A DNA stretch of 64,000 bases from an uncultured candidate division Zixibacteria bacterium. Lineage in GTDB: Bacteria; Zixibacteria; MSB-5A5; GN15; FEB-12. Location of the stretch: the NCBI GenBank assembly GCA_963664195.1, contig OY760907.1, positions 1,120,001 to 1,184,000 of the forward strand. The letters run 5' to 3'. This document shows positions 38,752 to 47,672 of this stretch, piece by piece (within the stretch, counting starts at the first letter, position 1; each line of letters begins with the position of its first letter). A program made the translations under genes and the position numbers. The notes beneath the pieces were generated by a model. The model was not told the DNA's origin, did no database searches, and saw only the letters and a list, made by a program, of their open reading frames with translations.

Positions 38752-38780
38752 TTGAGACAAACACTCTGGCCCGTTATAAT
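38752..38780 (+). promoter_or_regulatory. Sigma70 promoter, probably giving a leaderless transcript
   Basis: TTGAGA-N17-TATAAT, 6 nt before the ATG at 38787; no SD. Confidence 0.7.
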
Positions 38781-38786
38781 CTACCT

Positions 38787-39659
38787 ATGCTCAGCCACCT
38801 GATATCACTGGCGCGACCCCTCCAGTGGATAAAGAATGCCTTCGTTTTGGCTGCACTTGTATTCGCCGGAGAAATCGACAACCCGGACAAAGTACAATTG
38901 GCCCTGATCGCGGCAGCGGTATACTGTCTGCTCTCCTCAGCGATGTATGCATTTAATGACCTGCGGGACCGGCAACAGGATCGTGAGCATCCCCGCAAAA
39001 AACACCGTCCGCTCGCTTCAGGCAAAGTCACGGCTCTTCAGGCCACAGTGTTTATCGCACTGCTGGCAGCCGGCGGGCTCAGCGGTTCCTGGTATCTGGG
39101 CACGAAATTCCTTGTTGTCGCCATCTGCTTCATCGGCTTGAACGGATTGTACTCCCTCTGGCTGAAATATGTCGTATTGCTCGATGTCATGTCTATTGCA
39201 ATCAGCTTCGTTATCCGTGCCTATGCCGGTTCGGTGGCAATCGACGTTTCTGCCTCGAAATGGCTGCTCATCAACACGCTGCTGCTGGCCCTCTTTCTGG
39301 CGTTTGGCAAGCGTCGGCACGAACTCCTCCTGCTGGAGGACAACGCCACCAACCATCGCAAGAGCCTGAGCAAGTATTCTGCTTATCTTCTGGACCAATG
39401 TATAGGCGTAACCACCGCATCGGTGGTTGTGATGTACATGCTGTACACGTTCTCGACAGAGGTTTCTACAAAACTTGGAACCGACAAGCTCTTTGTCACC
39501 ATACCTTTTGTGATCTACGGCATTTTTCGTTACCTGTATCTCATCCACCGGAAAGCTCAGGGGGGATCACCTACGAGAGTGCTGTTTGGCGATAAACCTA
39601 TCCTGTTGACCGCAACTCTATGGTTGGCAACAGTGATCATTATTCTGTACGTGCTATGA
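38787..39659 (+). CDS. Polyprenyl-phosphate phosphoribosyltransferase (UbiA family, Rv3806c/NoeC-like)
   Basis: RP.QWIKN..V, Y.FND..D...DR.HP.K..RPLASG, LFLAFGKRR.EL, GIFRY. Confidence 0.88.
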   Translation: MLSHLISLARPLQWIKNAFVLAALVFAGEIDNPDKVQLALIAAAVYCLLSSAMYAFNDLRDRQQDREHPRKKHRPLASGKVTALQATVFIALLAAGGLSGSWYLGTKFLVVAICFIGLNGLYSLWLKYVVLLDVMSIAISFVIRAYAGSVAIDVSASKWLLINTLLLALFLAFGKRRHELLLLEDNATNHRKSLSKYSAYLLDQCIGVTTASVVVMYMLYTFSTEVSTKLGTDKLFVTIPFVIYGIFRYLYLIHRKAQGGSPTRVLFGDKPILLTATLWLATVIIILYVL

Positions 39660-40237
39660 AAAATCGCATATTCATCATTCTGACAACTTTCACCCTTACC
39701 TCTCTCCTGATGCTGTCCTGTGGCAATAAGGACTCGGACCAGTCACCCTCAAACAACAGGGCCGTCGAGACGAGCGACGACAGCTCTCAGACATATACGG
39801 CCATGGAAACAGACGGCCTCGACACGACTTCAGACACGACAACCTCGCCGCTGGCATCGGAGAGAGTGGGCCTGTTTCCGGCAGAGCATCTTGTCCCCGA
39901 GTCGGTTGAACATACTCCGCACGACTATTTGGGAGCTGAGGGTTTTGATGACGTGCTCACTGCAAGATACGAAATCGAGGACCGGGAATTCACTCTGTTC
40001 CTGACTGATGATCAGTCCGGAATGGGGTTCTATCGCCTGTCTCAGTTTGCGGCCAGTCAATCACAGGTCAAACCGGCCCCGATGGAATTCGACGAAGGCT
40101 ACGGCGTCTGGTTTCATTCGCGCGACCACGGTTGGGTGCTCGGCGGTCTGAAAGACGGCTATCTTCTGGGCGTGGTTGGCTATCACAGCAGCCTCGAGGA
40201 ATTCGTCGCCCGCTGGGTCCAGGCGGTCAAGCGGTAG
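39656..40237 (+). CDS. Hypothetical lipoprotein
   Basis: Lipobox MLS-C; ATGA overlap with the ubiA-like gene. Confidence 0.8.
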   Translation: MKNRIFIILTTFTLTSLLMLSCGNKDSDQSPSNNRAVETSDDSSQTYTAMETDGLDTTSDTTTSPLASERVGLFPAEHLVPESVEHTPHDYLGAEGFDDVLTARYEIEDREFTLFLTDDQSGMGFYRLSQFAASQSQVKPAPMEFDEGYGVWFHSRDHGWVLGGLKDGYLLGVVGYHSSLEEFVARWVQAVKR

Positions 40238-40299
40238 GCGACAACTCACCTTCCTCTTCTCCGCAACAGGCTCAAACACCCGTCCCGATCCCTTTCTTC

Positions 40300-40328
40300 T
40301 TGACAAAAGCGCTCCCTATCTCTATTAT
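40300..40328 (+). promoter_or_regulatory. Near-consensus sigma70 promoter
   Basis: TTGACA-N17-TATTAT. Confidence 0.75.
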
Positions 40329-40698
40329 TCACTCCAGAGTTTTGCGACACACGAGGTGTCGTGCTCAAGGGGGCGGCAGCGCGGATTGCTCTCACGTAGT
40401 GGCGACTGCCGGATCATTGTACTACACGATGTACTTGCGTTTGAACCACGCGACTTATTAGTTCGCCCGGTTCACTTATTTGGCTAGGAACAATTGAATA
40501 GCTGGCCTGACTTCGCGAATTGGACGAAGTCGGTCTGCACAAAACCGTTTTTCCGGCAAGCACCAGAAATTGTGGCGAGGTCTGCAATCGCACGCGTGAC
40601 GTCTGGGATTACAATTGGAGTAGTATGTTTGATATCAGTGACCATGCAAGTACGACGATAATTACTGGCTGCAATCCATATCAACAGGAGAGGTAATC

Positions 40699-41337
40699 AT
40701 GAACTGGCGTATCTGCTTCCTTGTCATCGCAACTCTGTGTCTTGCGCTTCCGACTCTGGCTGACACGGCCGCCGATCAGCCCGCCCAATCTGGCGGCGAC
40801 GAATCTCTTGTCCCCTACTGGCCGATCCAGATATCCGGCGGAACCTGCATCTACGGAGACGGCGTTTACACCGCCATACAGGCCGGTCACTATGCCATCC
40901 CTCCGTTCACCTGGGGGGGAACCTTCATTGCCTACGAAGTTGACGGTGACTGGGTGGCGTCTCCGACAACCGACAGCACCCGCATTAAGTTCAAAGTGGA
41001 CAAGCGCTGGGCCTCAACAGCCCCTTCGGCTACACTCTCGCTCAGCTATCTGGAATACAGTGTTGTTGCCCCTTTCGACACGTCGTATGTTACCTACCAA
41101 CTGACCGTTCCGATCTGTGATGTCATGTGTGGCGACCTCGACAACGACGGTACAGTATCTATGGGAGATATCACCGTAATGAACGACCACTTATTCATCT
41201 CGCTTACACCTCTGGCTCATCGACAGGCCGGCAATATGGATGGAAGCCAGGATGGTCTGGTGACAATGGGAGACCTGACCCGGCTAATCAATTACCTGTT
41301 TATCACACTGGATCCGGATGAATTGAACTGTCGCTAA
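40699..41337 (+). CDS. Secreted protein with C-terminal type I dockerin-like domain
   Basis: Signal peptide; CGDLDNDGTVSMGDIT...LF and GNMDGSQDGLVTMGDLT.LINYLF duplicated Ca-binding loops. Confidence 0.88.
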   Translation: MNWRICFLVIATLCLALPTLADTAADQPAQSGGDESLVPYWPIQISGGTCIYGDGVYTAIQAGHYAIPPFTWGGTFIAYEVDGDWVASPTTDSTRIKFKVDKRWASTAPSATLSLSYLEYSVVAPFDTSYVTYQLTVPICDVMCGDLDNDGTVSMGDITVMNDHLFISLTPLAHRQAGNMDGSQDGLVTMGDLTRLINYLFITLDPDELNCR

Positions 41338-41370
41338 AGAAGACTGCAATCCGAGCAGTTGTGAAGGGGG

Positions 41371-42861
41371 CTACCCCTTCACAACTCCCATAGGTCTGAA
41401 ACGGACGACCTTGCGAGTAATCCCGGCATTGTGAGATACATCCACGACATCACTGACATCTTTGTACACGCCGGGCGCTTCTTCGGAGATACCGCGTTTG
41501 CTGGCCGACCGAAGATAGACTCCCTGTTTCTCTAATTCCGCCTGGACTGCATCGGCGCGGAACTGCTTGTTCGCTGCGGTACGTGACATCCGACGCCCCG
41601 CCCCGTGGCAGGAAGATCCAAATGTCTCTTTCATCGCTCTCTCTGTCCCTACCAGCAAATAGCTTGCACTGCCCATGTCGCCCGGAATGATTACCGGCTG
41701 ACCGACCTCGCGATACCGCCGTGGAACGGCAAGGTGTCCCGGCCCGAAAGCGCGCGTGGCTCCCTTGCGGTGGACGTACAACTGACGCACTTTGCCATCA
41801 ACAACGTGTTCCTCCAACTTGGCCATGTTGTGCGCGATATCATACACGAGGTGAAGCCCAAGTCTGTCCGCGCCCTGACCCAGAACCTGCTCAAAAGACT
41901 CCCGCACCGCATGCGTGATCATCTGGCGGTTGGCCCAGGCATAGTTGGCCCCACACTTCATCGCCGCAAAGTAACGCTGCGCTTCGTCCGAATTTGCCGG
42001 CGCACAGGAGAGTTCGCGGTCGACCAGGGGGATGCGGTACCTCGTGTTGGCTCGACGCATCGTCTCAAGATAGTCGGTGCATATCTGGTGCCCGCAACCG
42101 CGAGAGCCGGTGTGTACCATAATCGCTATCTGGCCAACCTCGGTGAAACCGAAAGCATCGGCCGCCTCCGTATCATAGATTGCCTCGACTCGCTGAATCT
42201 CCAGAAAGTGGTTTCCGCCTCCGAGCGAGCCAAGTTGCGGCCGTCCCCGCTTCTTGGCGTTTCTGCTCACCAAATCAGGATCGGCCCCCTGGATACAGCC
42301 TTCTTCTTCCATCGCCTCGACATCGCTCTTCCAGCCGTACCCCTCGCTGACCGCCCATTGGGCGCCCTTTTCGAGAACCGTGTCAATCTCGCCTTCTGCC
42401 AGACGACGCTTTCCGCCCTGCCCCACTCCAGCCGGGACATTGCGGAACATCGCCTCGACAAGACTGCCGATTTCCCCCTGAATATCCTTGTAGTGAAGCG
42501 AAGACCGGATCAGACGTACGCCACAATTGATGTCATACCCCACACCACCCGGCGAGATGACGCCCTCGTCAGCGTCGAACGCAGCCACACCGCCTATCGC
42601 GAACCCGTAGCCGTGATGAATATCCGGCATCGCAAACGAACTGCCAGCAATACCGGGAAGCGTAGCGACATGGGCTACCTGATCGGGAGAATTGTCTGAG
42701 AGGACCTGCGTGAGCATTTTCGCGCTCGTGTAAATCACCCCCGGAACGCGCATGCGTACATTGTGCCGTTTCATTGCGTCCGACCGATAATCCGGCTCGA
42801 TACGATAACGGTTGGTATCGATTTGCTTGAGAGGACCAGTCCAGGGCATCCCGTTCCCCAT
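41371..42861 (-). CDS. rtcB: RtcB RNA ligase (archaeal/eukaryotic-like long form)
   Basis: MPDIH.GYGF.IGG, GVGYDINCG, GSLGGGNHFLE, HTGSRG, HRKGATRA, SSCHGAGR, EEAP..YKD; start at 42861 or 42849. Confidence 0.96.
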   Translation of the reverse strand: MGNGMPWTGPLKQIDTNRYRIEPDYRSDAMKRHNVRMRVPGVIYTSAKMLTQVLSDNSPDQVAHVATLPGIAGSSFAMPDIHHGYGFAIGGVAAFDADEGVISPGGVGYDINCGVRLIRSSLHYKDIQGEIGSLVEAMFRNVPAGVGQGGKRRLAEGEIDTVLEKGAQWAVSEGYGWKSDVEAMEEEGCIQGADPDLVSRNAKKRGRPQLGSLGGGNHFLEIQRVEAIYDTEAADAFGFTEVGQIAIMVHTGSRGCGHQICTDYLETMRRANTRYRIPLVDRELSCAPANSDEAQRYFAAMKCGANYAWANRQMITHAVRESFEQVLGQGADRLGLHLVYDIAHNMAKLEEHVVDGKVRQLYVHRKGATRAFGPGHLAVPRRYREVGQPVIIPGDMGSASYLLVGTERAMKETFGSSCHGAGRRMSRTAANKQFRADAVQAELEKQGVYLRSASKRGISEEAPGVYKDVSDVVDVSHNAGITRKVVRFRPMGVVKG

Positions 42862-42899
42862 TGTTATAGAGTGTCGATACGGTATTTATACGGCAACCA

Positions 42900-43325
42900 T
42901 CAGATATCAAACAACACCTGAAGCGACACCGGCTCGCCTGTTTCACCGCGCCGGATTTCAAGCAGATGATACGATACACCCTTCACCTGTGTTCCTCCAC
43001 CGTGTTTGTTCGAGTCAAACCGCTCACCGATAACCGTTGCCTTCAATTGTGTCTCGCCGACGAACTCGACCTTAAAATCGTGGAGCACCAGCCTGTCGGC
43101 CTCATGCAGAACAATCAACTCCGAGAGAAACCCAACCAGGAGACCTTCGAGATCAATCGACTCGACCTCAAACTCCACCGCTTCGTTCCCCGAGATAACC
43201 GAGCCGTCGGTTAGAAGATCAAACATAGCCCCGGCTGCCGAAGCAAACGCATCTTCGAGCGTCTCTCCGTATGCCCGGGCGATAATGTCTGCCGTGTGTT
43301 CTTTGAATTCGTATCGTCTGGTCAT
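42900..43325 (-). CDS. Archease
   Basis: Y...EHTAD...AYG..LE.AF, FLSELI, VKGVSYH, ends LFDI. Confidence 0.93.
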   Translation of the reverse strand: MTRRYEFKEHTADIIARAYGETLEDAFASAAGAMFDLLTDGSVISGNEAVEFEVESIDLEGLLVGFLSELIVLHEADRLVLHDFKVEFVGETQLKATVIGERFDSNKHGGGTQVKGVSYHLLEIRRGETGEPVSLQVLFDI

Positions 43326-43338
43326 AAAGAGCTGTCGG

Positions 43339-44448
43339 TTACAGGTTAATCGGACCGTCGCCATCACCGCGAGTGAAATGAAATCGCGTCATCTGTTTCT
43401 CGTAATCACCAAACTCAGTGGCAAGCACCGGGGAAACGGCCAGAGCAAAATTGGAGGGACCAATCAGGAAACCGGATGACGTGAGCGCGGCGCCGTAGGC
43501 TTCGTGACGTTGGTTCGACACGATCAAGTCCACACCTCGTTGCTCAAGAACATGGGCCGCCGCCGTCATTACCGATTCCTCGCAGCCACTCAAGGCGAGG
43601 CAGTCGACGATCGACCCCAGCCGCATATTGCCGAACTGCTTGTGATTCTCCAACTGGCTGTCCATGCAGACAACCCATCCGACAATGCCATCACCTGTTG
43701 ATGCTTTCAATCGAATGAACCGATCATCCGATTTCGGATACAGCAGGTTCAGCGTGGCGCTGTCCCGCTCCGCGGCCAGTGCAAACTGGTCCCGGCACTC
43801 CTGCCAGAGCCTGTCAGCCCAGTCATCGAAATCATCGACTTGCTCATACGAAACTCCCGCGTTGACAATCGGAAGTTCGCCCTGCTTGAATCGTACCGCC
43901 AGACGTCCCAATCCGGTAAAGGCCGCGATATTCAGAGCGAGTCTGCGGACAACCGACGTGCGCAGATAGACGATGTTCCGGAGAAATCGACCCGCATGGA
44001 CCACTCGAAAGTAGAACGGCACCAAACACAGCTTCCATCCCATTCCGGCCAGCAAACGTGGCAACGGACGGGTCATCCCGCCCATGCCAAGCGCATACAT
44101 ACGCGGCTGCTTCCGAAGAGCGTTCATCAGGAGCAACAGCCCCACCGAATTGAATGCCCTGTCAACAGTCCCCTCGGACAGCGGCAGCCCGTAGTTGCCT
44201 ATCGATGTTACTTGATCGTTGCTCAGAAACCGCTGATGCTTAAGAACATACCCGCCCCGCACGACATCCCTTTCGTCAAGCGCAAGGAACATCTCCCTAT
44301 ACAGAGAGTCTCCCCCGGTCTTTGGCAACCAGTGAGGTGTCGATGATTCCGGAAACTGAAACCGGACATCGCCGGATTTCAAGCGCCGATTGAACTCGAT
44401 CACCGCCTCGATGTGTTCCTCGAGATACCGCTCTATCTTCAGCGCCAT
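43339..44448 (-). CDS. Hypothetical protein, probable tandem GNAT-like acyltransferase
   Basis: V...F..VG..L (acyl-CoA-loop-like), R....LN..Y, ends F.RGDGD; last gene of the ACP-FkbH operon. Confidence 0.6.
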   Translation of the reverse strand: MALKIERYLEEHIEAVIEFNRRLKSGDVRFQFPESSTPHWLPKTGGDSLYREMFLALDERDVVRGGYVLKHQRFLSNDQVTSIGNYGLPLSEGTVDRAFNSVGLLLLMNALRKQPRMYALGMGGMTRPLPRLLAGMGWKLCLVPFYFRVVHAGRFLRNIVYLRTSVVRRLALNIAAFTGLGRLAVRFKQGELPIVNAGVSYEQVDDFDDWADRLWQECRDQFALAAERDSATLNLLYPKSDDRFIRLKASTGDGIVGWVVCMDSQLENHKQFGNMRLGSIVDCLALSGCEESVMTAAAHVLEQRGVDLIVSNQRHEAYGAALTSSGFLIGPSNFALAVSPVLATEFGDYEKQMTRFHFTRGDGDGPINL

Positions 44449-45380
44449 CAGGATCGCCCCACCTTCAGTTTGTGCAGCAACCAGCGACGTTCCAGCGAGC
44501 TGCGTTCACTGTCTGTGATGACATGATTCCCATTGCGATTGCGGAGGAAATCCAGTAGAGTCGATACCGGCACAAACCAACCGTTTTTGCGGCTCAATCG
44601 CTCCATCAGTTCTCTGAAGCGCGAGTTGATTTGCTTATCGGAATAGAAACCGCATGCTAAGTGCGTGTACATGATGCACGCTCCCCCCTCTTCTTCGAGT
44701 CGATCCTGATTCCGTTCGTCGAGACAATCGAGAAACGAGTTGACTTCCGGCCCTTCAGATGAGGCATACCAGTTGTCGACAAACTCCCTGCTCGGATCAT
44801 GGTACGGCATAAACGGGCAGGCGTTTAACGTATTGACTTCGCTGAAAACGAAATTGCGCACATACTTGATCCGTTCACGGCAGAGATCACCCCAGAACAG
44901 CGAGTCATCGGGAACATGGCCGCGATACCGGTTCCGGAATCGATACCGTGTCAGGGCGTTGTAGAGCACGCGATATATGCCGCCAATGCGGGCGTCTCCC
45001 CAGTACATATTCTCTTCGCAACCGGAATGGCTGGCCATCGCCGACGGATATTCACCAAAGTGCTCTTTGAATCGGTCGAGGGCGCGCTCTGTTTGACTGC
45101 GGTCAGACGTATGGAAGGTCGCCATGTGATAACCGACCTCGAAGCCTTTCGAGGCCAGGCCCTTGACCCAGCGGAGGTACTCCTCGTCCTCGCAAGTGGC
45201 CCCCTCGCACAGCGGTTCATCGTTCCCCCGAACAGGCCAGACAGACTTGGTCGTACGCAAACCCAGATCGTCCAGCAGAGCATACACTTCGCCGACGTTC
45301 TCTACCGTGGTAAAGTCAGTATCATCGAATATGGTGAAAGCGAAATCTTTGTTGCCAGGCCAGACGATTTGATCCGTCAC
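44448..45380 (-). CDS. Polysaccharide deacetylase-like (NodB/CE4-like barrel) hypothetical protein
   Basis: FAFTIFDDTD, EVGYH, YTH motifs; GTG start overlapping the fkbH stop. Confidence 0.6.
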   Translation of the reverse strand: MTDQIVWPGNKDFAFTIFDDTDFTTVENVGEVYALLDDLGLRTTKSVWPVRGNDEPLCEGATCEDEEYLRWVKGLASKGFEVGYHMATFHTSDRSQTERALDRFKEHFGEYPSAMASHSGCEENMYWGDARIGGIYRVLYNALTRYRFRNRYRGHVPDDSLFWGDLCRERIKYVRNFVFSEVNTLNACPFMPYHDPSREFVDNWYASSEGPEVNSFLDCLDERNQDRLEEEGGACIMYTHLACGFYSDKQINSRFRELMERLSRKNGWFVPVSTLLDFLRNRNGNHVITDSERSSLERRWLLHKLKVGRS

Positions 45381-47065
45381 GGCCGCACCACCTTGAGATT
45401 GATTGACGGCGGCAGCGCGTATTCGTCCGCAGGGTTCCACCGGAAAAAAACATCATCGTCGGTTTCAAATCCGGACCGAAGCCAGAATTCCCGACACGGC
45501 TTGTTGCGTTCGGTCGGCAGATACACGGCCTCGATCTGCTCGACTCCGAGCCTTCCCGCCTCTGCACATATGAAATGCACCAGCGCCTCTTCGACTTTCC
45601 GTCCCATTACCCGACAGCTCAATACGAAATCGACAATGCTCCCCTTATTGCCGTTGACCTTCAGAGAGGCTATCCCTGTCAACCCGGCATCGCCGAACCT
45701 GTCAGCCACCCGAAACGTAAACACACGGTGTCCGTCATCATTGGCCCATTTCTGATACTCGGGGGCGGTCATGCGACGAGTCGATAGGTTCATCTGGTTG
45801 GTCTTGTTGAGCAACTGGGCGGTCCGCGCAAGGTTGGCGTCGTTTAGCGATTCCACGGTAACGACCGTCTCAAGACTGTTCAGCCAATCACTCAGCGATT
45901 CCGCTTGTTCCAAGAGTGATGAGCGTTTCCGCTCGGATACATACGAGGCCGTGCGGTCGGCATCCTCGACACTCAAAACAGGGCTGTCAAAACAACGGAG
46001 CTTTCTCAGCGCGTCAGCATAGAGCATCTTGTCCACAGGCCATTCCGGCACCAAAACTTCAGGCAGCGCCTCTCGCACTCGAGCGCGTTCATGGCGGGAA
46101 TCATCGATAAACACCACCGACTCCAATCCGAGATTGAGTTCCTCCACGAGCGCGACGATGTTCTGCGCCTTGTCCTGCCAGTTGATCTTCCATCCGGCAA
46201 AGTCCGACTCACGAAGAATCATTTCGGGATGCTTCGTAATCGCCTCCAGCGCTACGGATTGCTCGTTTTTGCTTACAATACCGAGCACAACCCCGCGGTT
46301 GGTCAAAGCTTTGAGTTCGCGCTGCAAGTCGGCATGAGCCTCGCCGATGGGATCGTGGCCACCAAGTGTCAGGTTCTCCCAACCGATATCGCCAACAATC
46401 CCTCCCCACAGTGTATCGTCGAGATCAACTATCACGAGTTTGCGTGCCTTCCCGGATACACCCCTGACGGCGGCCTTGATATCTTTCACCGCGTCGGCAT
46501 ACACTGCATTGCCGAAGGGAGACTTGGCCATATACCAGAGCTTGGGACTGACTCCCTGCCCACCGGCAGCCTGTAGCCAACGCTGCGAGTCCAGCAAGTA
46601 CAGATTCGAAATCCGACCGACCGCTTCGGCCAGCAACGCATTGAGACGCAGAAGTGTCCCTGATATTCCCCCCGGATGAGTCATATCGAGCATTCCCAGT
46701 CCTCGACCTGCGAAAGGCGCTACCCACGTTGCCACCAACATCAGCGATGTCCGTGTCGAGGCAGCCGTTAACAACCCAACAAACCGTTCTACTTCAACCT
46801 TCAATTCCTCAAACGGAACTGACTCGTACTGAAGCACGCCGGCAAACGACGGCAGCACGCTTTCAGGTCGACTCCAGACGAACGTGACGTCCGGACGTTC
46901 CTCCCAACAGGGAGCATCACTGTCGAGAAGTGTTTGTACTGTCTGGCTGAAGGGAGCGCTAAACGACGCAATCTTCGGCTCCTCGGCATCGTTTTCAAAG
47001 ATGGAGGCCAGAGTCCCTGTCGTGAAGTCCGTAATCAGCAGACAGTGTTTTTCCTGATCAGGCAT
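45377..47065 (-). CDS. FkbH-like HAD-IIIC glyceryl-ACP synthase
   Basis: VDLDDTLWGG..G, VSKN, INW.DK, FIDDS..ER, QL..KTNQ.NL, DRFGD.G, LSCRV.GR.VE. Confidence 0.92.
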   Translation of the reverse strand: MPDQEKHCLLITDFTTGTLASIFENDAEEPKIASFSAPFSQTVQTLLDSDAPCWEERPDVTFVWSRPESVLPSFAGVLQYESVPFEELKVEVERFVGLLTAASTRTSLMLVATWVAPFAGRGLGMLDMTHPGGISGTLLRLNALLAEAVGRISNLYLLDSQRWLQAAGGQGVSPKLWYMAKSPFGNAVYADAVKDIKAAVRGVSGKARKLVIVDLDDTLWGGIVGDIGWENLTLGGHDPIGEAHADLQRELKALTNRGVVLGIVSKNEQSVALEAITKHPEMILRESDFAGWKINWQDKAQNIVALVEELNLGLESVVFIDDSRHERARVREALPEVLVPEWPVDKMLYADALRKLRCFDSPVLSVEDADRTASYVSERKRSSLLEQAESLSDWLNSLETVVTVESLNDANLARTAQLLNKTNQMNLSTRRMTAPEYQKWANDDGHRVFTFRVADRFGDAGLTGIASLKVNGNKGSIVDFVLSCRVMGRKVEEALVHFICAEAGRLGVEQIEAVYLPTERNKPCREFWLRSGFETDDDVFFRWNPADEYALPPSINLKVVRP

Positions 47066-47366
47066 CGGCTACTCGATCTGTCAGACTGAGAACGTGATCG
47101 GTGAGTTTGTCGACAGTGCCGCAAAGAGCCTCGAGATTGGAGAGCGTGTTTTCATCGGCGAGAACCACTGAACTGCCGAATGCTGCCTGCACTTTCTGCT
47201 CAACAGCCAGGATGAACACCATCAGAGCAAGCGAATCCAACACCGCACCTTGCCCGGCAAGCACGGTCTCCCCGGAGCACGCCAGTTGACTATCTGACGG
47301 TCGTTGCAGGTTCGCTTCGTCTATTGCTGCTGATATCAGTTGTAGAATGTCGTCTTTGTCGGTCAT
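47058..47366 (-). CDS. Acyl carrier protein
   Basis: LDSL phosphopantetheine site; TV..L..; overlaps the fkbH start. Confidence 0.85.
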   Translation of the reverse strand: MTDKDDILQLISAAIDEANLQRPSDSQLACSGETVLAGQGAVLDSLALMVFILAVEQKVQAAFGSSVVLADENTLSNLEALCGTVDKLTDHVLSLTDRVADA

Positions 47367-47562
47367 ACGCGGTCGCCTCACCCGGTTTTCACATATGTAA
47401 CACATATATGCAGACAGGTCAAGCGAGGAGACTTCACCCTCCGGCATTCATCCTCTCCAAGATTACATAACGAAAAACCATATACCGATGAACTGTTACC
47501 GGCGTAACGGTACGTACACCCTCGTACGCCCATTCAGATGACCGCAACCCTCCCCAAACACG

Positions 47563-47592
47563 AAAAAGCCCGCCGTCGTCCCGGCGGGCCTT
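47563..47592 (-). terminator. Rho-independent terminator of msrB
   Basis: GCCCGCCG-ggacga-CGGCGGGC-TTTTT on the minus strand. Confidence 0.85.
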
Positions 47593-47672
47593 ATGTTGTC
47601 CATTAGAAAGGGAGTTGCTATGACAATCAGTTCTTATACCGCTGAAGCGTCAACAGGTTCCAGCCCCAGAGA

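Noticed and set aside
41605..42699. Long antisense ORFs (e.g. 41605-42699, 20255-21265, 5877-6698, 56076-56936, 139-843)
   Set aside because: Shadow frames of well-supported genes on the opposite strand in GC-rich DNA, with no recognisable motifs
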